The notes beneath the pieces were generated by a model. That model was not told the DNA's origin. It did no database searches and was given only the letters and a program-made list of their open reading frames with translations. A DNA stretch of 64,000 bases from Octopus sinensis. Lineage: Eukaryota. The position numbers and the translations under genes were made by a program. The stretch's first letter is position 1. The number at the start of each line of letters is the position of its first letter. Below, piece after piece: positions 12,611 through 25,811 of this stretch. Where the stretch lies: assembly GCF_006345805.1 (NCBI RefSeq), contig NC_043015.1, positions 32,240,001 through 32,304,000 on the forward strand, in the 5' to 3' direction.

Positions 12611-13740
12611 CTGTGTTCTTGAATGAAGCTGTGTATATGCATCTATATATAAATGAAATCTATAAACGTATGTGTGAACACGAAGCAGTGTACCAATATC
12701 TTTCGACCCTATTCTTATCTTCCACATTGACAACAGAATCTCTTCCATTATTGTTTATAAACATCGATTCACTACCACTTCACCATAACATTTTTAAAGA
12801 TATATGATTACGTGTGTTTTTGTGCGTCCTTGCGTGTGCTTGCGTGTAGTCTGTGTGTGTGTATGTGCTTGTGTGTGCACAAGTGAGTTTGGTGTGTGTG
12901 TGTGTGTGTGTATGTGTGGGTTCTGTGCGTGTGTATAGGCAGTGTCATTCTGTAATGACATTTTTGAGTGGCATTGAAACAATACATCTATATACACCAA
13001 TGTATATATATATATACATGCATGCGTATATGTATGTACACACACGCACTCACACACACATATATGCATATGTGTACGTATACATACATATACATACATA
13101 CATACATACATATATATATATATGTATGTATATATATATATGCACACATAAAATTTGTGTGTATGCATATACACATATGCACCTGTGTATATGTATAGGT
13201 ATATGTACAATCATATTATATATATATATATACGTATATATATATACATATATATATGTATGTATTTATCTATACATATACATACATAAACGTATTTGTA
13301 CGTTTATGCATGTATGTATGTGTGTGTGTGTGTAAGATAGATTACAAATTTCTCCGTCATTTATTTTAATTCGTCGTCATAACGAATGTGCGACCATTTT
13401 CTACTTTATTCTACTTTTCTCTCCATCTCTACTTTCTTCTTCCTCTCTTTCCCTCCTTCTGTCTTTTTCTCTCTCATTTTTTCTCTCTTTTCTCCGTTTC
13501 TATATTCTACTTTCATTATTTCTGTTTTTACTGAATTCCTCTTTCGTTTCTCGGTTTTCTATTTAACTTAATTTTTATTTTGTCTCGTTTCTGTCGTTGT
13601 TACTCCGCCTCAGAATTTCTTCAAGTAGGTAGTTAACAGTCAGGTAACACAAAAGCAAAAATAGGGTAAAAAAAAAATGAATACGATAACAAAATTAATG
13701 GACAAAAGTACACAGACAAACACACAAACACGCACACGCA

Positions 13741-13840
13741 CACATGCACGCACACACGCACACATGCACGCACACACGCACACATGCACGCACACACGCA
13801 CACATGCACGCACACACGCACACATGCACGCACACACGCA
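13741..13840. repeat. 20-bp minisatellite, 5 perfect copies (cacatgcacgcacacacgca)
   Basis: Seen directly. Confidence 0.95.
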
Positions 13841-14306
13841 CACTCATCCTGGTTTGTCTTCTTCCCATACACTTACACAGACGCCCACACACTACAACAT
13901 TGTGCTCAACCCACTCATTAACAATCTTACTTGATTCATTATTAATAACACAAACACAATTTCATTTCTCCCCACGATTTTCAAACCTTTTCTTTATCAC
14001 ACAATCACTCTTTTCCTACTACAAAACTCGTTACTTATTCTACACACTTCCTGTCCGCTATTACAATACGTACCTCCTACCCAATATCATGAGTTTTTGT
14101 CCCATTTCCCCCCTTTTCTTTTCTTCTATCTTGGCAAAGAAAAGCTATCCGAAACGTCAATTTATTTTCCTTTTCTCTGCAGGATTATTACATTAATCTT
14201 TGTACTTTTGTTCATTGCTGGTGTTTTTTGTTGCTATTTTTCTAGCTGATGTTATCATTATTATTGCTGTTACTGTTTTTTTATTTATTAGATTATGGAA
14301 TTCAAT

Positions 14307-14441
14307 ACCTACCTACCTACCTGCCTACCTACCTACCTACATACCTACCTACCTACCTACCTACCTACCTACCTACCTACCTACCTACCTACCTAACTAA
14401 CTACCTAGCGACCTGCTTACCTACCTGCCTACTTACGTACA

Positions 14442-14514
<73 letters not shown>

Positions 14515-14525
14515 ATCTATCTATC
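14307..14525. repeat. (CCTA)n/(TCTA)n compound microsatellite
   Basis: Seen directly. Confidence 0.95.
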
Positions 14526-14903
14526 AGTATATTTGTATATATTTATCCACCATACCAGTATATTTGCATTTAATCAAATATATCTTTGTGTGTTCCATGT
14601 GTTTGTGTATGCATGTGTGCGTCTAAATTTATGTGTGGACGTAGATATATTTAAATAAGTTGATATATAGACATACACAAACATATAATACATATGTATG
14701 CGTGTTTGTGTGCAGATATACAAACACATACACACGCGCACATACACGCACGCATGCACGCACGCACACACACATGCATATATGCATGTACATATATGTA
14801 TGTATGTGTGTTAGTGTGTGTGTGTGTGTGTGTTATATATATTTACTCACGCATTCACATATACATGCACACACAAATATGTATACATATGTACATATAT
14901 ATA

Positions 14904-14943
<40 letters not shown>

Positions 14944-14949
14944 ATATAG

Positions 14950-15037
<88 letters not shown>

Positions 15038-15772
15038 TATGTATATGTATGTATGTATATGAACAAAAAGAAAAATTGATTTTCGTTTCCTTTTTAATGA
15101 AATAACCATATTTAAAACTAACTGCCGGAGGAAATATAATACATTATATATTTTTGTTGAGAATCAACACTTACAAATCTTTCTCTGACATATTTGCACG
15201 CGTGCCTGTTTACAGACAACAAATACGTATGGACACATACAGACACACACACATATATACTACCGCACATAGAACGCACGCATACAAATATACAAGCATG
15301 AATTCACACTCGCTATACACATAAAAGAAAAACAAGATCAACTGCGACAATAACAGCAACAATGACGAAGACGAAGACAACAAGATCGTCGACATCAACA
15401 TAACAACATATACAATCCTTGAGAAGTGAGATAGATGTTTTACTAAAACACAGATATTCTCGACATATCAAAACGATATTATTTTTGTCTATATCATATT
15501 GGTTAAAAAAACAACCCCCACTAAAAAAACACCAAAAACTCATTCTTTCTCAATATTTCAATATCGATATACACATATTACACGTGCATACATACATATA
15601 TATATATATATATATCCGTACGGAAATGGTAATGCACTTATGTTCACAGACGTGTAAATGCATACGGAAATACAGAAATAACAACGTTCAGAAATAGACA
15701 CATACATGCACACTTACATCGACTCATACGTACACGCATATACTGATACACGCACACACGCGCACATATAGA

Positions 15773-16158
15773 CTCAGGTTTGACTGAGTGGTAAGAAATT
15801 TGCTTCTCAACCACATGGTTCGGAGTTCAATACCACTACGTGGCCATTTGGGTTCGTGTCTTCTATATAATACATATGTATATATATGTCTGTGTGTGTG
15901 GCACATTGGGCAAGTGTCCTCTACTATAGCCTCGGGCCGACCAAAGCCTTGAGTGGATTTGGTGGACGGAAACTGAACAGAAGCCCGTCGTATATATATA
16001 TATGTATATGTATATGTATGTGTGTGTGTGCTTCTATGTCTGTGTTTGTCCCCCCGCAACATCGCTTGACAATCGATGCTGGTGTGTTTACGTCCCCCGT
16101 AACTGAACCCGGAACCATGTGATTCGTAAGCAAGCTACTTACTACACAGCCACTCCTA
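15773..16158. mobile_element. Rearranged family A SINE composite
   Basis: Old head at 15773-15860, forward body at ~15897-16104, inverted head at ~16102-16158. Confidence 0.8.
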
Positions 16159-17266
16159 GCGAACATCTATTGTTGTTTTAAAACAATAAATATTCTATAC
16201 ATTGCGCGATGTATGCATGTATTTATGTGTTTGTATATTTGAGTGTGTGTATATTTGTGTATATATATATATATATACACGCACAAATACACACACAGAC
16301 ATTAACTGATTAACAAATTAGATTTTTCTATTTATACAGTTTATGTATATATCGATTTGTATGGCTTGTATATCATGTCACTTTGTATTGTGCCAACATT
16401 TCCGACTACTTGTGGACCTTTTGTTCGTGATAATTTTTATTTCCTTTTTCCTTATATCTATTTTTACAAATTCATTTAAATTTGATATCCTTCATATTTT
16501 CCCGTTCCATCACACGATCCCCGGTCTGTACATTTGTACTTTTGTGTCATTTTAAATTTTTTTATATTTTATTTTTATTTTATAATTCTTATTTTTTTAT
16601 TTTCCTTTTCATTTTATTTTATTTTACCCATCAAATTGGTATCTTCCATAAGACATGCTTTATCTTTGTGCCGGTTCTAAATTGTTCCTCTATTTAAAGT
16701 GTTTTGGAAGTATAGTGTGATTGACACCTAATGAACATAAGTCTGTACGGGAAAATATTAGTAGCGCGATAGGTACATGTAGTTGAAACATAAATAATAC
16801 AAATAAGAAAATGGAGAAACAAATTTAGTTTGTTCATCAACTTTCGGATATTAGAATGTTGGATTATTTATTCATTTAACAAAATGAGAGCCATAATAGC
16901 ATACATATATATCTTATAATTCAATACATATAAGATAAGAATACAAATTATAAAAATCATAACATAAATTATTGAAATCATTAAAATCACTCCTTACAGC
17001 TGTTTCAGCCTATGGTTAAAAGTAGTTATTTTAATTTTTATTGCCTATAGTTGTCAACATAATGAGGTTGTATGCATTTAAAAATAGGGTACTTATATAT
17101 ATATATATATCCATCACTGGATGGTAATATTATCAGGAGTGTATATTACCAATAATTGAGACGATATAAAATATGGAGAATTGTTCATCCTCAAAATTTA
17201 TTTCCTTTTATTTTACAATTTTATAGAGCATATTTTTATGGTTTTACGACCTATACGTGTTTTCAT

Positions 17267-17484
17267 TGCATACAGTGGGAAGTTGCACATGCTACCGGGC
17301 ATAATTTTCTGTGCAGCTTTGTTCTAGGTCCGTACACCAGCTAGACTCGAAGCGAATTCTATCTGGTGAACAGATCCTGAACGAAGCTTTAAAAAAAAAT
17401 TGTGCCCAACTGCATGCGCAACTGCCCACTCTGTGCAGTGTAAAGACGTTTAGCCAGGAACTTTTCAGCACCCCGCCCCGTGTA
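17267..17484. mobile_element. Mariner-derived MITE-like fragment
   Basis: Mariner-type TIR ccaggaacttttcagcacccc...gta at ~17454-17484. Internal 42-bp inverted repeat (17267-17308 / 17396-17437). Confidence 0.6.
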
Positions 17485-17492
17485 TATATGAA

Positions 17493-17745
17493 GGCGCATG
17501 GCTTAATGGTTAATGTATTCGGCTCACGAGCGTAAGGTTGTGAGTTCGATTCCCCATGGCGCATTGTATTCTTGACCAAGACTTTTTTATTTCACGATGC
17601 TGCAGTCCACTCAGCTAGAAAAAAATGAGCTGTCCTTGTAATTCAAAAGTTCAATCTTGTCACATTCGGTTTCTCATGTTGATTCTCCCCGAAAACTACG
17701 TTATTGGTACGTGTGCCTGTGGAGTACTCACTCATTTGAACCGAT
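17493..17745 (+). mobile_element. SINE family C, tail C2
   Basis: ggcgcatggcttaatggtt head, then ...ctccccgaaaactacgtt...ctgtggagtactca. C2 tail pieces also at ~20150-20300 (+) and 23995-24202 (-). Confidence 0.8.
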
Positions 17746-18591
17746 GAAGTGCCTTCAGCCAGAAAATTGTATAATAATAACAATAATAGCAGCAACAATG
17801 ATAATAATAATGACACACGTGTACATACATGCATATATTGTTTGTATAGGCAGAAGTTATAGAATGACTTAAGAGGTGAGTTTCTTACACTGGCACACAC
17901 ACAGACACACAGACACACACACAGATGCAGACACACACACACAGACACACACACACACATACAGACACACACACAGACACGCACATACATACACACACAA
18001 ATGTACGTGCTTACTCACACAAACTCGCGCGAATATATAATTTCACAGTAAACCAAATTGATGCAACGTGTCATACCTTTGAGTTTATTTCAATAGCAAC
18101 AGATCTGAAAGGAGAATTTCCAACAGTCCCCAATAAAGGACTGTTGAAACAGCTTCCATATCTTATTTCTTCCTTCATTGCGTATTTCAAAACGAAGACA
18201 TAATTGCAACGTAATTCTTAAACTTTTCGAAATGAGTCTCGTTTCTCGATTTGTCGTTCTAGTTTGGAGGCGTATTCAAACAATTACTTTTAGACTGAGC
18301 AACTACAAACGGAATATAATTCACCCAAAAATGGTGTAAAATGATCAATACCGTGGATCTCTCAGATCTAATCTGTCAGGAAGGTCAGAGCCATAAGTAA
18401 AACCAAAAGAAGTATGCTACTTAAAATTGCTTCCTGATTTTAAATGAAAATCGTTTACTGATTGTTGTCTTGTATCAATTTGAATTATGAAAACTTCGGA
18501 TTCAGCATTCCTTACCACTGTTGCACTGGAAGTCAAAAATTATACAGAAAAATGAGTTAACCCAAACAATGGACTCTTCAAAACGTATGCT

Positions 18592-18925
18592 ATTATTGGT
18601 TTTAAATTTTGAAACAAGGCCAGCAATATTGGAAAAGAGGGTAAAGTCGATTACGTCGACCCCAATGCTCAACTGGTACTTATGTTATCGACCCCGAAGA
18701 GATGAAAGCCAAAGTCGACCTTGGCGGAATTGGAACTGAGAACGTAAAGACAGGGCAAACGCCTCTAAGTATTCTGTCCGGCGTGCTAACGACTCTGCCA
18801 TCAATCGCCTTATTAAAAGCAAAAATTAAAATTTTTGGTATAAAGCCAATAATTTCGGGCAGGAGTTAAATCGATTACATCGATCCCATCACTTAACTGG
18901 TATTTATTTTATCGATCCCGAAAGG
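18592..18925 (-). mobile_element. SINE family B (B2), full copy 18592-18810 plus adjacent partial copy ~18830-18925
   Basis: Same tail, body and head motifs as 10357-10574. Confidence 0.85.
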
Positions 18926-19049
18926 TAAATTTCCTTTATGTACAAGCTACAACTTTTTCCTCCTGCTATACAAGGTATAGTTGAGCTAATTTTCTTCATT
19001 TCATACTAAATCTAGTGTTTTTATCCTTAAGTAACCAGATGAAATTGTT

Positions 19050-19780
19050 TAAGCTAGTGTTATGCACCTTAATTCTATCCTTAAACGAATTTAAATGCAG
19101 TTATTGAAAGCAAGAATACCTTCTTGGCAGCGAAGCTTCTCCACTCACTTTTGTAAATTGCTGTATTGCTTTAGAAAATTTTGAATACTCCTACTTGACT
19201 CATTTCTCATTACTAAGAGTCCCTCCTTTCAGCAAGATACGACATAATCACATCTAATTTTCAATTGGTAATTAAGACAGTGTCAAATTATTACATAAAG
19301 ATAATTGTTGTTCAAGATTTATTTCTATCCCAGGTTTGACACCAAGCATTAGCCTTGCCCCATCAATATCAAATGCTGTAAGGTTCCGTTTCAAGTATGC
19401 TTCATCACATCTAAGTTTGATGAGACAGTTCAACTGATGTCGAGCTATAGCTCTACTTTTCTGATCTGTCAGTTCAATTACGTTTTAAAACATAAAACCG
19501 GGATCTCCTACCTAATCACTTTCACATACAATATATACTATTTAGGGTCGCTGTAATGAACAGCTTCATTGATTCATCAACGTGAACAGAAATGTTGCCA
19601 TTTATCCGCTTGAATTGTTACCAAATGTTCGTTTTCATATTAATGGCTTTGCGTTAAATTGTCTTTGTAGCACGGATGCGAAAATATAATCAAGTTCCAA
19701 TGCCAATACCGTTTTATGTTTAAGGCAAAGTAATCGGAGCATGGCTTGTCATTCTGGCTAAATTATATGGTGAAAGCGTA
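19050..19780 (-). pseudogene. Decayed hAT transposase (KIAA1586/ZNF862-like)
   Basis: Minus-strand translation gives ...NGNISVHVDES..., VIELTDQ...CDEAYLKRNLTAFDIDGARLMLGVKPG, resembling the ISVLIDES and FASDGASVMLG motifs. Many stops. Confidence 0.7.
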
Positions 19781-19784
19781 TTTA

Positions 19785-19997
19785 ATAATGGTTTCAAATT
19801 TTGGCTCAAGGCCAGGAATTTTAAGGAGGTGCCTAAATCGATTAAATCGAACCCATTAATTGACTGGTACTTATTTTATCGGCTCAGAAACGATGAAAGG
19901 CAAAGATGACCTCGGTGGCAGTTGAACTCAGGACGTAAAGATGGACGAACTGATTCTAAGCATTTTGTCTAGGTTGCTAACGACTCTGTCAGCCACC
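19785..19997 (-). mobile_element. SINE family B, tail B2
   Basis: ggtttcaaattttggctcaaggccag...gttgaactcaggacgtaaag. Confidence 0.8.
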
Positions 19998-20130
19998 AGC
20001 TGTGTAGATGGCAGCCAACTACGATCTCCTGGGTTCGGTCCCACTTCATAGCATCTTGGGCAAGTATATTTGTCCTAACCTCGGGTAAACATCAAGCCTT
20101 GTGAGTGGATTTAAGTTGACGGAAAGTCCC
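19996..20130 (+). mobile_element. Family A SINE 5' fragment, old
   Basis: gggttcggtcccact...tcttgggcaagt...ccttgtgagtggattt. Confidence 0.65.
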
Positions 20131-20784
20131 TTTTGACGGGCTGTATGTGTAATTTAAGGGTCCGGCCTTGCTACACTTGTGTCACGGGGATTCTGTATGA
20201 GAATTACGTTAAGCGTTCACGTGTCTGTGGAATACACAGCCATTTCACTCGTTAATTCAATGAAGAGGTTGTTCAGTGGATCGAACAATTCGATGCTTAT
20301 ACATCGAAATTAATCGACAGTCGATTATTATACAGAACTTAAAGATTGATTGACTTGCCTTTTGTAGTGAAACCTTCATAGTGTCATATAATTCTCCAAA
20401 AACAACTTCCCTTGTTCATAATTCCTGCACTTAGAGAAACAGTGAGGGGCTTTTAATGCTATGTGATTAACTTTTTTCTGAGGAACACCATGCTAATCTT
20501 CCGATTGCTTACCTAACATGATAACATGGTACATCTGTTATAACATTTGATGGTTTAGAACACTTAAAAGTGAAAAGCTTGAAAAGAGCTTATGTTTTAC
20601 ACATACTGAATATCCAATATAGGATGGGTAACGTCTGTGTGGTTAAATGCCATTTGTAGGACGGGTTATGCAAGACAACAGTAAAATTATGCGATAAATT
20701 ATAAGGAAGTTTAATTTTGTTTTCATAGGTTTTATACTTGTCCAAACGGCACAAATCGGAAGTACCAATATTGGAAAACTGTAA

Positions 20785-20994
20785 GGCGCCGAGCTGGTAG
20801 AACTGTGAGCATGCCGGGAAAAATGCTTAGTGGCATTTCCTCTGTCTTTACGTTCTGAATTCAAAGTCCACCGCGGTCGACTTTACGAGATCCAAAAACA
20901 TAATACTAGTTGAGTACTAGGACTTACTAGTACTAATGGACTTACTCTCTCGTCCGAAATTGTTGGTCTTGTGCCCAAATTTGTAACCAATATT
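20785..20994 (+). mobile_element. SINE family B, tail B2
   Basis: ggcgccgagctggtagaa...cttgtgcccaaatttgtaaccaatatt. Confidence 0.8.
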
Positions 20995-21489
20995 GAATAG
21001 TTAGAAATTTAAACTAGAGGCAGGCAAGAGACAACTTCTACTCTTATTAGTCTCTTGTTTGTCCTTTTAACTACAATTTTCAGCCTTTTCACTGACAGGA
21101 AAGTAACGTAGTTTAATCAGAAGCTATGGAGTAGTCTGAATATATTTCCTTTCGTATTAGTGCGTAACAGCCCACCGTCAACACGACTAGGTTTGCTTAA
21201 AAGCGAAAGCACAGAGAATAAAAATTCAATAAATAAGACTGGAACATTCGAAAATACTGGATTTGAACGAACGTTGTCAATTTACGAGAGTTCGTATCCA
21301 TCGATGTTTGCCATTGTTAATAAACCCACCGCAAGGAGGAAATGAGATTTGAATATATAAAAGAATGAATATTACGCGTAAAATAGCTTTAGTTTAAGAT
21401 GAGGTATAAATAAAATGTTTTGTTTTTAGGAGTGACAATGTTTAAAGAACAGCAAAAGCGTTGTTGCGATGAGCTTCGCCAGAACTGCA

Positions 21490-21509
21490 TCTATCTATCT
21501 ATCTATCTC

Positions 21510-21606
<97 letters not shown>

Positions 21607-21755
21607 TTTTTTGTTCTTTTTTTCCCTTTTACGATCCCTTTTGATCGAAAACCTACGCCACCTTTTTTTGTTTCTTTTGTTTTTTGTTTTTTTCATCCCC
21701 CAAAAGAAAAGCTCTACCTTGTAACTCGTCCCATCTGTGTGGCCAATAAAGAAAC

Positions 21756-21811
<56 letters not shown>

Positions 21812-21818
21812 ATCTATC

Positions 21819-21849
<31 letters not shown>

Positions 21850-21961
21850 CATCCATCCATCCATCCATCATCCTATCTATCTATATCTATCTATCTATCT
21901 ATCTATCTATCTACTATCTTCATCTATCTAGCTACTATTACCATCCATCCACCATCCATCC

Positions 21962-21992
<31 letters not shown>

Positions 21993-21993
21993 G

Positions 21994-22025
<32 letters not shown>
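21490..22025. repeat. (TCTA)/(TCCA)n array hosting the LINE 3' fragment
   Basis: Seen directly. Confidence 0.95.
21606..21755 (+). mobile_element. 5'-truncated copy of the same LINE family (3' UTR end only)
   Basis: Shares ttttacgatcccttttgatcgaaa, aaaagaaaagctctaccttgtaa and gtgtggc.aataaagaaac with 29485-29612. Bounded by (TCTA)n on both sides. Confidence 0.9.
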
Positions 22026-22484
22026 CACAGGCCACATGCACACACACAAATATGCATACATACATCACATGTATATATATATATATATATCTATATGTAC
22101 GTATGTTTATAGTGTACGTACTGTAGAGCGAGAGATAAAGAGTCTCAAATGGTACTCTATCTATCTATCTACACATGCCATGCACACACACAAATATGCA
22201 TACATACATTCACAATGATATATATATATATATATATATATGTACGTATGTTTATAGTGTACGTAGGTAGAGGCGAGAAGTCTCAAATGGTACTCAATGC
22301 CGAGGAACGAGTGTTTATTATAGTTAATGTATCTAGCACCTGACACCTATTTATTCCTATTCTCAATCATCAGATGTGAGGTGTCAGGTGCAATGTATAA
22401 AGGGCGAATTTCCCGGAATTCTCTAACGCGTATACTTTCCCACACCTAGACGAGACGCAGGAGTACTCGTTGTAGCCAGAAGAG

Positions 22485-22608
22485 TTGACAGTCGAGTGGA
22501 CTGGAGCAACGTGAAATGAAGTGTCCTGCTCAAGAACATAAACACATTGCCCGGTTCACAACATTAAGATCACGAATGCGACACCCTAACCACCAAGCCA
22601 CGCACCTC
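22485..22608 (-). mobile_element. SINE family C head and body
   Basis: gagtggactggagcaacgtgaaatgaagtgtcctgctcaaga...ctaaccaccaagccacgc. Confidence 0.8.
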
Positions 22609-22928
22609 CTAAAACACACACCACACTGATATAATGATGTTATATAAAAGATCAATAATGCCACACTGTCTGATCTCTGTCGCTTTTACAGCCATTTTTC
22701 AAATACGCCAAGGAATGGAATGGTCCAATCACGGTTAATTAGTGCGCTTCTTGATGTTGTCCATAACGATAATTTACCTTTTATCTCTGGTATAATATAA
22801 TTACTATACCTACAAGATATTTATTAAATTTTCAACTTATTTGTCTATGACGTTGCTCGAAAATAACTTCAGTTGCTTCCCGTTTGGTTATATTAAACGA
22901 AGCGTTATTACTTATGAAATCTATGTAG

Positions 22929-23105
22929 GAGTTGGCATGACTGGGTAGTCAAGAATCTCGATTCAGAACCGTGTGTTTTCGTGTTTAGTTCTACAGCGCG
23001 GCGCCTTGGGCCAAAGTCTCCGACGATAGCGCAAGGCCTAACTGTGCTTCATTAGTGAAATTGGCAGACGGAAACTGTGTAAGCCGGCCGAGTAGTCGTG
23101 TGTGT
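22929..23105 (+). mobile_element. Family A SINE 5' half, old; a minus-strand A tail follows at ~23165-23212
   Basis: ggcgccttgggcc...ttggcagacggaaactg matches the family A body. Confidence 0.65.
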
Positions 23106-23107
23106 AC

Positions 23108-23155
<48 letters not shown>

Positions 23156-23804
23156 ACACACATTCCTTTTTCCCTTTACTCGTTTCAGTGATTTGACTGC
23201 GGTCACGATGGACTTATATTTATTTGATGTTAATATGTGACTACAGTAGAAGGTTACTGATCACACTACACTCCAGCTTAGGCAAGTGCTTTGATCAAAG
23301 TGTCCCGCGTTAGGGGATCAACCTGGCGCCGTTTCGTTCCGAAGCGAAATTCTTAAATGTACAGTAGCACCTACACCCCCCAACACCAATGAAGTAAAAA
23401 AATTAAGATTATCCCATCATATAACTTTATCAAAGGCTACGACTATTTCAGATGGTAAGAAGAACTGTTTCCTATTTCCTCGTTATACATTACTTTGTAT
23501 GCATAATTAATAAATGAATTGATTAATCAGTTAATAAATGAAGCAACTTGCCCTACACCATTCACATCAGACATTAAAGTTATTTTGGAACATTTTCAAA
23601 GACTCTAACTTGTAGAAGTGTATTGTCTCAGAGTTATAAATACCAAGAATTGGAGAGAATCGCCAGGTGGATAGAACCGTTACGGATTCCTGTAATTCCT
23701 ATATTCCTCATCTGATATTCTGTGAGCCAGGCTTTATGGCATTCAGTCCTGATTGAGGTATTCGCCCGGATTTCTTCACTCCCTATTTTCTAACAATATA
23801 ATAT

Positions 23805-23836
<32 letters not shown>

Positions 23837-23958
23837 ATATAATATATATATATATAGATATATATTATATATATATATATATAATATATATATGTATATA
23901 TATAATATATATGGTATGTATATATATATATATATATATACATATATATCTATATAAT

Positions 23959-23994
<36 letters not shown>

Positions 23995-24000
<6 letters not shown>

Positions 24001-24202
24001 GCTGGCACTCTGTCGGTTAAGACGACGAGGTTCCATTTGATCCGGTCAATGAAACAGCCTGCTCGTCATATTAACGTACAAGTGGGCTGAGCACTCCATA
24101 GACACGTGTACCCTTAGCATAGTTTTCAGGAAAATTCAGCGTGACACAGACTGCTCAAGGACAAAGTGCATGACCAGGGACCCTGACCACTAAGCCATAC
24201 TC
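23995..24202 (-). mobile_element. SINE family C, tail C2, internally deleted
   Basis: cagcctgctcgt...gagcactccatagacacgtgtaccc...accactaagcca. Confidence 0.75.
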
Positions 24203-24435
24203 TTTCCACAATATATATATATATAATATATATATTATAATATATATATATATATAGATATAATATAATATATTATATATATATATAATATAAGTAGATA
24301 AATGAATTATCTTATTACGGATAATTCGAAACATATGTCGAACTAAAATAAGGAATTTTGTTTTAATCTTCGCTCAGCTCCATTCTTCCTATCCTTATAT
24401 AATATATATATAATATATATATCTATATATATATA

Positions 24436-24585
24436 GGGGGGCGTAAACATAAAAGGACACGAGACGGTGTAAAACAAACAGGGTGTATTAGGTTTACGCT
24501 AAAGAAAAATAAAGAGGATAGTCTTTTACGTTTCGAGCACACTTTCTTATACGGAAAGGATACACGAAGAGAGAAAAGAACAAAT
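24436..24585 (-). mobile_element. Dispersed repeat D, old, just upstream of the LINE
   Basis: gtgtattaggtttacgct...gtcttttacgtttcgagc. Confidence 0.6.
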
Positions 24586-24629
24586 ATGTCTCAAATAAAC
24601 GATCACTGCATGCTGAAATCACTCTCTCT

Positions 24630-24660
<31 letters not shown>

Positions 24661-24712
24661 ATTATTCTCTCTCTCTCTCTCATTCTCTCTCTCTCTATCT
24701 ATCTACGTACCT

Positions 24713-25767
24713 ATGACAGAGACAATGTCAGAGACAAACATCCTGGAAATCGCGGTTCTAGGAGAGAAAGACTATGTGGGCAAATCAATCGAATTCCTGC
24801 TTCAATTGGATGAAGCAGCACGAGAGAAGATACCCACGCTATAGAACTGCCAGGAGGCTAAACTCTATATAGTGGTAGAGGGCAGGCGACCACGCTGCTA
24901 TTTGTGTGGAAGCGAAACACACTTGAAAAAGACGTGCCCAACCACTGCACACCAAGAGCAACAACAACAACCACTACCACAACCAAAGCACTCCGAAAAA
25001 AAAGCTCTACTACCCACACCACCATCAAACACGAAGACGACAAGAGAAGCACACCAAGCTAATCCGTCATCAACCAAAACCACTCAACACCTGAAAAAAT
25101 ACCAACACCACCAACAACAGCAAAACCAAAGAACAGAAAAAAACAAAGAAAACACACACAAACTGATCCCCCATCCCTTATACCGCACTCAACAACACAA
25201 AACACTCAACAACCAACAACACGAAACAACAACACAACCACTTACACAGACATACATAGAAGCCCACAACATACCCCTACCCCCTACTGATTCCTCAGAA
25301 ATTTCGTCGGAAGACGAACCAGTGAGGAATGGCAAATAGCTACAAAAAGAAGAAAATAAAGAGCAGAAACACAAACCAAACCAAATGCAAACACGAACAA
25401 AGCAGGGGGAAATACATCTCACGAAGACATTTCAAAACCCAACGCAAACAACAGCCACACCAACACCACAAATATATACAGCAAACATGCTCACAGCTAT
25501 AGAACCAAAAACACAATTTGATGGAATACATCCAATCAAAACAAACATAACAGAAGATGACATAAAAACAAACAATCACCCATACACAACACCACCAGAC
25601 CACATCAAAATATTACACATCTCCAAAAGTCTGCACCACAACACTCAAAGAAAGGCATTTTCCCCAGCGCGGTTGGTAAATGCCAAAAATATCTCACAAA
25701 GAAACTGTACTGGGATCTCCTCGAGGACAAACCAAAGGAGGAGAAAGCAAAAACTTTCGAGCAGTAA
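24713..25767 (+). pseudogene. LINE ORF1 (gag-like, zinc knuckle), disrupted
   Basis: ORF 24872-25339 contains CYLCGSETHLKKTC (Cx2Cx4Hx4C) followed by a Q/T/P/K-rich low-complexity region. A shifted frame ends ...KKLYWDLLEDKPKEEKAKTFEQ* at 25767. Confidence 0.8.
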
Positions 25768-25811
25768 GTAACCCTCTGTTCCTTTCACTTGTATTCTAAT
25801 TCATTAGGACT

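Noticed and set aside
13741-13840. Regular 20-bp repeats as a CRISPR array
   Set aside because: Head-to-tail with no spacers, in a eukaryotic context.
18117-18149. Hairpin caacagtcc/ggactgttg with AATAAA in the loop
   Set aside because: A 9-bp stem is expected by chance in 64 kb; no supporting context.
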